Positions 18,935-27,067 of a DNA stretch of 64,000 bases are shown here, one piece after another. How positions within the stretch are numbered: the first letter of the stretch is position 1; every line of letters begins with the position of its first letter. The DNA is from Chloroflexota bacterium. Lineage in GTDB: Bacteria; Chloroflexota; Limnocylindria; Limnocylindrales; CSP1-4. The stretch lies in the NCBI GenBank assembly GCA_040007635.1, contig JBDTUR010000001.1, positions 9,205 through 73,204 on the forward strand, given 5' to 3'. The position numbers and the translations under genes were made by a program. Under the pieces are notes generated by a model that saw nothing but the letters and a program-made list of their open reading frames with translations, had not been told where the DNA came from and did no database searches.

Positions 18935-19422
18935 CAGTCGTCGCCCGGCTCATGGCCGCCATCGTCGGACCCGCCATCGTGGGACCCGCCGTCGTGGGAC
19001 CCGCCGTCGTCCGAGTGCTCGCCGCCATCATGCTCGTCCTCGCCCCCGGCCTGGCCGTCATCACCGCCCACGTTGCCACCGCCGCCGTTGCGCGTCGGGC
19101 GGGGCGTGTCACTGGGCTGGTTGCCTTTGTCGCCTGCGGGCTTGTCGGTACGCACGACCACCGGCTTGCTCGGCGGCAGGACATAGATCGTGTCGACCTT
19201 CTTGACGGACGGCGCGGCCTGGTCCGTGCCCAGATCGGTCACCAGGGCCAGGGGATCAGTGGGCGCAACCTGCGCCAGCTGATCGGCGCCGGTTACATCA
19301 TTCGCGACAGGCACGAACGCGTCTGGAGTGGTTGGCGGCGCTGACCCATTCAGTGTCAGCGCCAGGGCGAGAACACCGGCCGCGCCGGCGCCGCCCATCA
19401 GCAATGCAAGTCGGTGAACCAC
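18934..19422 (-). CDS. Small signal-anchored protein with a Gly/Asp/His-rich tail (DGGSHDGGSHDGG), module A copy 1
   Basis: GTG start with a GGAGGAG RBS. N-terminus MVHRLALLMGGAGAAGVLALA and motif KKVDTIYVLPPSKPVVVRTDKP are shared with copy 2. Its TGA stop shares one nucleotide with the ATG of the next gene (TGATG). Confidence 0.55.
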   Translation of the reverse strand: MVHRLALLMGGAGAAGVLALALTLNGSAPPTTPDAFVPVANDVTGADQLAQVAPTDPLALVTDLGTDQAAPSVKKVDTIYVLPPSKPVVVRTDKPAGDKGNQPSDTPRPTRNGGGGNVGGDDGQAGGEDEHDGGEHSDDGGSHDGGSHDGGSDDGGHEPGDD

Positions 19423-19496
19423 GGCTGCTCCTCCTCTTGAAAGATCACGGCTGAGGCGCAGTCTGGGCGGCCCGTCTGTGGCGAGTTTTAGGTGAG

Positions 19497-19527
19497 CATT
19501 TGAATTCCCAAAGGAAGGCCATTTGAA
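19497..19527. promoter_or_regulatory. Direct repeat CATTTGAA (19497-19504 and 19520-19527) in the lower-GC divergent promoter region between the A/B operon and the response-regulator gene. Candidate OmpR-family binding site.
   Basis: Two exact 8-mers 23 bp apart centre to centre. Confidence 0.3.
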
Positions 19528-19556
19528 CCTTGCGCAGCGCGGCTGGCGATGCCTAT

Positions 19557-20243
19557 ATGGAAGCCATGAAGCGAGTCCTGCTCGTCGAAGACCAAGAGCG
19601 CATGGCCGACGCCGTGCGGCGCGTGCTCGTGGCTGAGCGCTACACGGTTGACGTCGCCGCCGACGGCGAGACCGCGCTCGAACTGAGCCGGCAGCACAGC
19701 TACGACGTCGTGCTGCTGGATCGAATGCTGCCGGGGATCAGCGGCGAGCAGGTGCTGCGCACCATGCGCCGGCGCGGCAACTCGACGCCCGTGCTCATGG
19801 TCACGGCCCTTTCCGCACTCGACCACCGCGTCGAGGGACTGGACGCCGGCGCCGACGACTATTTGCCCAAGCCCTTCGCGTTCAGCGAGCTGCTCGCACG
19901 CCTGCGCGCCCTCACCCGTCGCAGCCCAGAACTCGTGGCCGAGCGGCTTGCGGCGGGCACGATCGAGCTCGATCCAGATCGCCACCAGGTGACAGTGGGC
20001 GAGCGGAGCGAGCTGCTGTCGGCGCGCGAATACGCACTGCTGGGCTATCTCATACGCCACGCCGGCCAGGTGGTGACGCGCCAGCAGATCCTCGACTCGG
20101 TCTGGGGCGCGGAGCCTGACGTGTATTCGAACGTCGTCGACCTGTACATCCATTACCTGCGGCGCAAGCTGGGCGCGCTGGGCCAGAACAAGGCGTTACG
20201 CACCGTGCGCGGAGTCGGTTATGCGCTTCAACCGGGCGGCTAA
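19557..20243 (+). CDS. OmpR-family two-component response regulator
   Basis: Receiver domain (VLLVEDQ...D...LLDRMLPG...PVLMVTA...K) plus a winged-helix trans_reg_C domain (GYALQ terminus). Confidence 0.9.
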   Translation: MEAMKRVLLVEDQERMADAVRRVLVAERYTVDVAADGETALELSRQHSYDVVLLDRMLPGISGEQVLRTMRRRGNSTPVLMVTALSALDHRVEGLDAGADDYLPKPFAFSELLARLRALTRRSPELVAERLAAGTIELDPDRHQVTVGERSELLSAREYALLGYLIRHAGQVVTRQQILDSVWGAEPDVYSNVVDLYIHYLRRKLGALGQNKALRTVRGVGYALQPGG

Positions 20244-21750
20244 ACCACTCGTTACGGCGGTGACGCCATCGGACCGCCTGGTCCGACGAACATCGCGCGG
20301 CCTGGCCTTCGTCACGCTCGCATTGATCGCCGCTCTGCTGGCCGGGGTGGGCCTGGTCACGGCGGCGGTCGCGATTGGCATGACCAACGAGAACATCGAC
20401 CGCACGTTGGAGCAAGCCGCTTCCGTCCGACTGGGCGAGATCGAGACACTGCTCCAGCAGGAGACCGACCAAGAGGGACAACCGAGTCAGACGTCCAGTC
20501 CCGAAAACGAAAACGGATCTGAAGATGGCGCGACCTCCCAAGAAGGCGAAGGCGTACCGGGCGCGACGTCGGAAGTGACGCCGGTGCCCACCCCTGCCCC
20601 GACGGCCACACCCATGCCGTCCGGCCTTGGTCTGGTTGATAGCGACGAAGCGCAGCTCGAATCCTTCCAGACCTTCTACCTGGTGCTCGACACCAACGGC
20701 AACGTGCTCTCCAATCCGCAGCAGATCAGGCTCGCCGGACTGCCCGACGCCGCCGCGGCGGAAGCAGCAAGGCGCGGTGACGATCTGCGCACGGTGACCG
20801 TGGGCGGCATCCATATCCGCCTGCTCACCCGGCGCGTCATGAACACGAGGAGCGAGGTTGTCGCTCTGCTCCAGACCGGGTTCCTGCTGACGCAGCACGA
20901 CCAGCAAACGAACACGATCCTGATCACGATCGCACTGGTCAGCCTGATCGGACTGCTGGGTGCCGCGGTGGTGACGCTGGTGGTCACGACGCGCGCCATG
21001 GGACCAATTCGCTCAGCCTTCAATGCTGAGCGACGCTTCGTCGCGTCGGCGTCGCACGAGCTACGGACACCCGTCGCCGTCGTCCGCGCATCGGCCGAAA
21101 TACTGCAGCGCGAAGGCCTGGTACAGCCCGACGGCCAACGCCTCGTCGCGGACATCGTGTCCGAATCTGACCGGCTGGGGCGGCTGGTGGGCGACCTGCT
21201 GGCGCTCGCATCCGCCGATGCCGGCGCAATCGTGGTGAAACCAGAGGAGATCGAGATGCGCGGCTTCGTCGCCGAACTGGCGCGGCGCGCGGAGGCGATC
21301 GCGACCGAGCGCGGTGTCAAGCTGGAGCTCGTCCAGGAGCGCGCGTCCGGGGCCGATCGCGCTCTCCTCGTGCGCGCCGATCCCGACCGCATGACCCAGC
21401 TGTTGCTGATCTTCATCGACAACGCGATCGACCACTCCCCGGCCGGCGGCACGATCCGCCTGTCTGTGGCGCCACTCAACGAGGGTCGCCAGCCGCAGAT
21501 CTGCGTGGGCGTCGCGGACCAGGGGCCGGGCGTGCCAATGCACGAGCGACTGCGCATCTTCGAGCCATTCGCGCGCCTCGCCGGCCGGCGCCGCGAGACG
21601 GGCAATACCGGCCTGGGCCTGGCCATCGCCCGCGTCCTCGCCGCGCGTCAGGACGCGACGCTCCACGTTGACGACGCCACCGGCGGCGGCGCGGTGTTCA
21701 GTGTCTGGCTGCCGCGCCGGAGCGCTACCGGAGCCGCGGCCAACAACTGA
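20221..21750 (+). CDS. Sensor histidine kinase (two TM segments, periplasmic sensor with an acidic Pro/Thr low-complexity insert, HisKA + HATPase_c)
   Basis: H-box SASHELRTPVAVV, N/G boxes, C-terminal GGAVFSVWLP. Overlaps the regulator gene by 23 nt. Confidence 0.9.
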   Translation: MRFNRAAKPLVTAVTPSDRLVRRTSRGLAFVTLALIAALLAGVGLVTAAVAIGMTNENIDRTLEQAASVRLGEIETLLQQETDQEGQPSQTSSPENENGSEDGATSQEGEGVPGATSEVTPVPTPAPTATPMPSGLGLVDSDEAQLESFQTFYLVLDTNGNVLSNPQQIRLAGLPDAAAAEAARRGDDLRTVTVGGIHIRLLTRRVMNTRSEVVALLQTGFLLTQHDQQTNTILITIALVSLIGLLGAAVVTLVVTTRAMGPIRSAFNAERRFVASASHELRTPVAVVRASAEILQREGLVQPDGQRLVADIVSESDRLGRLVGDLLALASADAGAIVVKPEEIEMRGFVAELARRAEAIATERGVKLELVQERASGADRALLVRADPDRMTQLLLIFIDNAIDHSPAGGTIRLSVAPLNEGRQPQICVGVADQGPGVPMHERLRIFEPFARLAGRRRETGNTGLGLAIARVLAARQDATLHVDDATGGGAVFSVWLPRRSATGAAANN

Positions 21751-21799
21751 TCGGGCGTGGGCCGTGCGTACTCAGCGGCGTTTGTAACAATGCTGATCA

Positions 21800-22972
21800 A
21801 TGAACGCTGCGATGAATGCCACCCTGCGCGTGTCGGCCAAGGCCGAACGCTTCACTGAATCGGTCATCCGCGACATGACCCGGCTCGCGCTCCAGCACGG
21901 CGCGGTCAACCTCGCTCAGGGCTTCCCGGACTTCGCCTGTCCGCAGGAGTTGAAGGACGCGGCCGCCGCGGCGATCCAGGGGGACATCAATCAATATGCG
22001 ATCACATGGGGAGCGCGCGATTTTCGCGAGGCGATCTGCGCCAAGACTGAGCGGTTCTACCCCGGTTGGAAGGTTGACCCACAGACCGACTTGACGGTCA
22101 CCTGCGGCGCGACTGAGGGCATGATCGCGGCCATGCTGGCGCTGCTCGACCCGGGCGACGAAATCGTCGTGTTTGAGCCCTTCTACGAGAACTACGGGCC
22201 CGACGCGATCCTGTCAGGCGCCGTACCCAGGTACGTGACGCTGCACGAACCCGACTGGCACATCGACGAGGCTGAGCTGCGCGCAGCGTTCGGTCCGCGC
22301 ACCCGGGGCATCGTGCTCAATTCGCCGCATAACCCAACCGGCAAGGTCTTCACGCGGCCTGAGCTCGAGCTGATCGCCGGGCTCTGCGTCGAGCACGACG
22401 CGCTGGTCTTCACGGACGACATCTACGAGCACATCATCTACGCTGGGACCCACATCCCAATGGCGACGCTGCCCGGGATGGCCGTGCGCACCGTGGCCAT
22501 CAACTCGCTCTCCAAGACGTACTCGGTCACCGGCTGGCGCGTCGGCTGGGTGATCGCACCTGCACCGTTGACGAGTGCGATTCGCAAGGTGCACGACTTC
22601 CTTACGGTTGGCGCCGCGGCACCGCTGCAGGCCGCTGGCGCCGTGGCGCTGAACCTGCCTGACTCGTACTACCAATCGCTCGCGGCCGGCTACCTGGAGC
22701 GGCGCGACACGCTTATGAGCGCCTTGGACGGCGCCGGCTTCCGGACATACGTGCCCAACGGCGCGTACTACGTGATGACCGACATCAGAGGCCTGACCGA
22801 ACAGGACGATGTCACCTTCGCCAAGGCGATGACGGCGAGCCCCGGCGTGGCCACCGTCCCGGGCTCGTCGTTCTACTCGCGACCGGAGCTCGGACGCACC
22901 AAGGTTCGCTTTGCCTTCCCCAAGAAGCATGAAACGCTCGTTGCAGCCGCGGAACGCCTGGCGGCTTTGTAG
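21800..22972 (+). CDS. PLP-dependent class I/II aminotransferase (AspAT/kynurenine-AT-like)
   Basis: NLAQGFPDF, SLSKTYSVTGWRVGW (PLP-Lys region); 390 aa. Confidence 0.85.
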   Translation: MNAAMNATLRVSAKAERFTESVIRDMTRLALQHGAVNLAQGFPDFACPQELKDAAAAAIQGDINQYAITWGARDFREAICAKTERFYPGWKVDPQTDLTVTCGATEGMIAAMLALLDPGDEIVVFEPFYENYGPDAILSGAVPRYVTLHEPDWHIDEAELRAAFGPRTRGIVLNSPHNPTGKVFTRPELELIAGLCVEHDALVFTDDIYEHIIYAGTHIPMATLPGMAVRTVAINSLSKTYSVTGWRVGWVIAPAPLTSAIRKVHDFLTVGAAAPLQAAGAVALNLPDSYYQSLAAGYLERRDTLMSALDGAGFRTYVPNGAYYVMTDIRGLTEQDDVTFAKAMTASPGVATVPGSSFYSRPELGRTKVRFAFPKKHETLVAAAERLAAL

Positions 22973-23319
22973 CGCGGGGCCCGGCCAAACGGCCTGAATG
23001 TAGTGTGCTCCTGAAAGGTCCCTTAAGTACTATTCGACGGCGCACCAACGCCACTGATGCAATAATCCTGTGGCGCAATCGCGCACCATCGAAGAGGAAA
23101 ATCGAACAAGCTCGCCGCCCCAGCGGCAGCAGTCGTCAGCTCAACGGCCATTTTTCGGCCCGTTGCTGAACCTCTTGAGTCCCACCCCGCCGTGCGGGTC
23201 TCGGACGTGTGTCTCTTGGCCGCTTAATCGCGCCTGACTGCTGTTAACCGGACGGCCCAATTGCCGGACTCCGCGTGTAATGCCGAGTCGCGCCTAGGCC
23301 GGCTACCGAGGAGGCAGCA

Positions 23320-24015
23320 GTGCCATCTGCCAATCCGGCTGTGGGGGTAAAGCCGATCATCAGCGCGTCCGCCGTCCATCGGCGTGTACGCAACACGTTC
23401 CTGGCTGCGGGCCTGAGCCTGGGGCTCTTGCTACCGGCTGGGTTGTTCGTGGCGACCGGAGTCGCCGCGCACGTCCCGTCTGGTGGCGGGAACGATTGCA
23501 GTCGCTGGACCAGCACCACCCAGCCGCCTGACTACATCCGCGTCTATCGCAACAAGACGGGCCGGATCGAACGAGTGCCGTTCCGCAAGTACGTGGTAAC
23601 CGTCCTGGGCCGCGAGTGGCCGGGATACCTACCGCATGCCCTCATCGCCGCGGGAGCCGTGGCGGCAAAGCAGTACGCGTGGTATCACGCGCTGAGCCCA
23701 CGTCACATGCGCGACGGTCGCTGCTTCGATGTCCGTGACGGCATCCAGGATCAGCTCTACCGGCCCGCCAGCGCCCGCGTCCGCCAGGACCACTTCGATG
23801 CGGTCGCTCTGACTTGGGGTGTAACGCTGAGTAAGAGTGGCCGCTTCTTCATGACGGGCTACCGCGCAGGCCACAAGGGTCGCTGCGGCAGCGACGCAAA
23901 CGGCTGGAAGCTATTCGCCCGTACGGGCACGCGCTGCGCGTACGGCGGCAAGGACTTCATGCAAATCCTGCGCATCTATTACGGGCCCGACCTGGGCATT
24001 CACCGCCGCCGCTAA
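23320..24015 (+). CDS. SpoIID/LytB-domain-like secreted protein
   Basis: N-terminal TM/signal; C-terminal ...RCAYGGKDFMQILRIYYGP resembles the conserved SpoIID/LytB terminus. GTG start with a GGAGG RBS. Confidence 0.45.
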   Translation: MPSANPAVGVKPIISASAVHRRVRNTFLAAGLSLGLLLPAGLFVATGVAAHVPSGGGNDCSRWTSTTQPPDYIRVYRNKTGRIERVPFRKYVVTVLGREWPGYLPHALIAAGAVAAKQYAWYHALSPRHMRDGRCFDVRDGIQDQLYRPASARVRQDHFDAVALTWGVTLSKSGRFFMTGYRAGHKGRCGSDANGWKLFARTGTRCAYGGKDFMQILRIYYGPDLGIHRRR

Positions 24016-24136
24016 CTCCGGCCAACCCGACGCGGCAGACATCTCGTCTGCCGCGTCTTTTCATATGGAATTCGCTCTCCTCGGTGTACCCGCTGGGACC
24101 TGAAAATACCGACCTGCGTCACATCGAGGTGAGGGA

Positions 24137-24864
24137 ATGGCCCGTATCGTCCGCGGCGCTCTGATCCAGGCAACCTGGACGGGCGACAAGGAATCGATGA
24201 TCCAGAAGCACGAGCAGTACGCCCACCAGGCGGCCAAGGACGGCGCCCAGGTGATGCTGTTCCAGGAGCTCTTCCACGGGCCCTACTTCTGCCAGGTCCA
24301 GGATCCGCAGTACTACTCGTACACGGAGCTGATCCCCGACGGGCCAATCACCACTCTGCCGTCGATGCAAACTGGGGTGTGACCCTCCGCAAGCACGACG
24401 AGTTCTTCATGACCGGCTACCGACGCGGTAGCAGGGCCCGCTGCGGCGCCGATTCAACCGGTTACAAGCTCTTCGCCCTGAGCGCCAAGCGCTGCGCCAA
24501 CAAGGGCTACAACTTCCGCGAGATCCTGCGCGTCTACTACGGCCCGGGCCTCCAGCTGGTCGAGGGCAGTTCGGCCGGGTCGTCGACTTCTGCCGCACAG
24601 GCGCCCAGCGCGCAGTCGCCGGCGGCGGAGCCGTTGACACAGCAAGCGACGACGCCGGCCGTCGACCCGCAACCAGCTCAGCAGGCGCCTGGCGAGCCGC
24701 GCATGTTCGCCTTCCCACCGGCAGATCGCCCAGCGCGCGCCGGCGCCACAAGCGTGTTGGTGGCGCGCGCTCCAGGGCGGTCGCGCAAAACCACGAGACT
24801 CGGCGCCGCGTTCAGCGTCTGGCTGCCTCGGCGTCCAGGGGACGAGGCGCCGGCGAGCGCTTGA
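24137..24864 (+). pseudogene. Mosaic gene remnant made of three fragments, frame-shifted between the first two. Fragment 1 is the 5' 70 codons of the nitrilase gene (about 97% nt identity to 28743-28903). Fragment 2 is a diverged copy of the SpoIID-like C-terminal domain. Fragment 3 is a histidine-kinase C-terminus-like segment (VLVAR...AAFSVWLPRR).
   Basis: My own nucleotide comparison of 24194-24354 vs 28743-28903 (5 mismatches in about 160 nt). Protein similarity of 24379-24560 to 23830-24000. HATPase_c-like ending at 24750-24840 resembling 21660-21720. Confidence 0.55.
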
Positions 24865-27067
24865 CCGGCCGGGTCGCGGGAGCGCCGGCTTCGAGGCGCT
24901 CGATCAGGCCATCGGCGCCCATCGCCGCGAAGAGCGCCTGGGCCTCTGCGCGCCCATCGGCCGCGTCCTTGTCCCGGTCGCCCAGCAACCGCGCACGTTC
25001 CAGCAGCGTCAGCGCCAGGTCGAAGCGCAGGTCGGCCGCGCGCCAATCGTCGATCACACGCCGGTAGAGGCGGGCCGATTCGTCGAAGCTGCCGTCGAGC
25101 GCCAATGCGCCGGCGTCTATCGCGCGGCGCGACTTGTCGACCCAGTTGGCGGCCGCCGCATTGTGGAGGAACCAATCGCGATCCTGGTTTACCGCATCGG
25201 CATCGCCCATCAGCAACGCAACGTGTGCGGCGAGCACAGTGGCAATGCCTCCCGCGCGGGGGTATGCCTCGGCTGACTGGACGGCCAGCCGCCGGGCGTC
25301 GGCCAGCCGGCCTTCGGCCAGGGCAATGCACGCATGAATGTAGTGCAGCGTGGCGGCGTCCTGCGCCGAGCTCGAGCTGGCGACCTGGCTCTCGAGGGGC
25401 GCCATCCGCTCGCGTGCGCCGGCGCGATCGCCGCGCAAGGCCAGGACGATGGCCGCGTGACCGCGCACGAAAGCGCCGAGGGAGCCGGAGCCCTCGATCG
25501 CACCGGCCTCGAGCCGCACGACCTCGTCCAGGTCACCGATCAGCTGCGCGGCGTGGGCGGCGTTGCCGGCCATGCTCCCGCGAGCAATGCCGTACTGGCG
25601 GCTGATGGCAATGCCCGCTTGGGCAATCTCGAGCGACTGGTACGGATCCTCGATGATCAGGTAGCCGCTGAGGTTGAAGCGAGCACGCAATCGTGAGAAC
25701 AGCTCATCCTCCTGATCGGCCATGTGCATCGCGCCGGTCAGCAACGCGACTGCCTCACGGAATCGACCAAGCATGTTGAGCGCCCAGGACTTGGTGATGA
25801 TCAGCTGCAGCGTCGGCCCGCGAATCTGGAGCCGCTCGGCGGTCTCAAGAGCATGCGCCACAGCTGTCGCCGCAGGTTCGCCTTCGCCGCGAAACAGGTG
25901 CCCGCGCGCAAGTTGACCGTTGAGGGCAATACCGGCCCGGCTCTCTTCCGACGGCAGGCTGGCCAAAGCCGCGCCGAGCATGGTCATTGCCTCGTCGATG
26001 CGTGAAATCTCGAGCAGCCATGAGCCCAGCTGCGCCGTGATCTCGCCGGCCTGATCGAGGTCGCTGCGCTGCTCCTGCCATGCCTTGGCCGCGGCCAGGT
26101 TGGCCAGCGCCACCTCGACGTTGCCGGCATTCCAGGCGGCTTGACCGGCCCGGACACGGAGGTCGTTCAGATCCTGCTCCTCGAAGGTGACCGCCATGGC
26201 CTGCTCGTAGTAGGTCAGCGCCTGGTCGTGCGAATGAAGCCGCACGGCGCGGTCGGCAGCGGCCCGCAGGGCAACGCGCGCCTGGGCGGCAACCGCCGCC
26301 CCTTCCTCTCCCTCCGGTGCGGCCTGGAACGCCTCCAGGTAGTGACTGGCCAGCATGCCGGCCAACTCGTCGTCGCCCAGCGTGTCGAAATAGCGCGCGG
26401 CCGCCAGGTGGCGGCTGCGCCGCTCACGCTTGGACAGCATGGCGTATGCGATCTCGCGAATGAGGCCCTGCTTGAAGTGGTGCTGACCTCGCTCCGGTGA
26501 GCGCGGATCAGACTCCAACGCGAGGAGCTCCTTGTGCGCCAGGGCGCGCAGCCGGGGCTCGACTTCCTGGGCCGACTTGCCCGTCAGGGCGGCCAACGCG
26601 GTGATCGGGAAGACCTGACCCAGCACGGCCGCGTCCTGGAGAAGAGCGCGGTCGTCGGCGTCGAGCGCGTCGAGGCGCGAGGAAATGAGCGCCCTCAGGG
26701 TTGGTGGCACATCGAGCGCGGGCAGGTCGCCGTGCAGCTCGTAGACGTCGCCCTGCCGTACGAGGTGGCCGCCGTCGGCCAGGGCGCGGACCATCTCGAC
26801 CGCATACAGCGGCACACCCGCGGCGCGCTCGATGATGCGCGCCAGGTCCTCCTGGGCAAGTGCCGGCACAAGTCCGCGGAGCATCTCGCCCATGGCATCC
26901 TCAGCCAGCGGCTCGAGGTGAAGGGCAACCAGCGCGCGGCGGCCCATGCCGAAGTTCGGCCGGCGCTCGAGCAGTTCCGGCCGGGCGAGAGTCACGATCA
27001 GGATCGGCTGGTCGCGCGTCCATTCGAGCAGGTGCTCGATGAAGTCGAGCATCCGTTGTCGGCCCAC
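24812..27067 (-). CDS. C-terminal part (AAA ATPase remainder + TPR-like repeats) of a frameshifted adenylate cyclase-ATPase gene
   Basis: Begins ...LDFIEHLLEWTRDQPILIVTLARPELLERR, the expected continuation of the upstream ORF's FEDLQWAD. Long alpha-helical repeat region. Confidence 0.7.
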   Translation of the reverse strand: MGRQRMLDFIEHLLEWTRDQPILIVTLARPELLERRPNFGMGRRALVALHLEPLAEDAMGEMLRGLVPALAQEDLARIIERAAGVPLYAVEMVRALADGGHLVRQGDVYELHGDLPALDVPPTLRALISSRLDALDADDRALLQDAAVLGQVFPITALAALTGKSAQEVEPRLRALAHKELLALESDPRSPERGQHHFKQGLIREIAYAMLSKRERRSRHLAAARYFDTLGDDELAGMLASHYLEAFQAAPEGEEGAAVAAQARVALRAAADRAVRLHSHDQALTYYEQAMAVTFEEQDLNDLRVRAGQAAWNAGNVEVALANLAAAKAWQEQRSDLDQAGEITAQLGSWLLEISRIDEAMTMLGAALASLPSEESRAGIALNGQLARGHLFRGEGEPAATAVAHALETAERLQIRGPTLQLIITKSWALNMLGRFREAVALLTGAMHMADQEDELFSRLRARFNLSGYLIIEDPYQSLEIAQAGIAISRQYGIARGSMAGNAAHAAQLIGDLDEVVRLEAGAIEGSGSLGAFVRGHAAIVLALRGDRAGARERMAPLESQVASSSSAQDAATLHYIHACIALAEGRLADARRLAVQSAEAYPRAGGIATVLAAHVALLMGDADAVNQDRDWFLHNAAAANWVDKSRRAIDAGALALDGSFDESARLYRRVIDDWRAADLRFDLALTLLERARLLGDRDKDAADGRAEAQALFAAMGADGLIERLEAGAPATRPVKRSPAPRPLDAEAARR

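Noticed and set aside
24137-24382. 81-aa ORF resembling the start of a nitrilase, considered as a functional small gene
   Set aside because: It stops after 81 aa where similarity to the real nitrilase (28686-29537) ends and switches frame into a SpoIID-like fragment. I treat it as part of the mosaic pseudogene.
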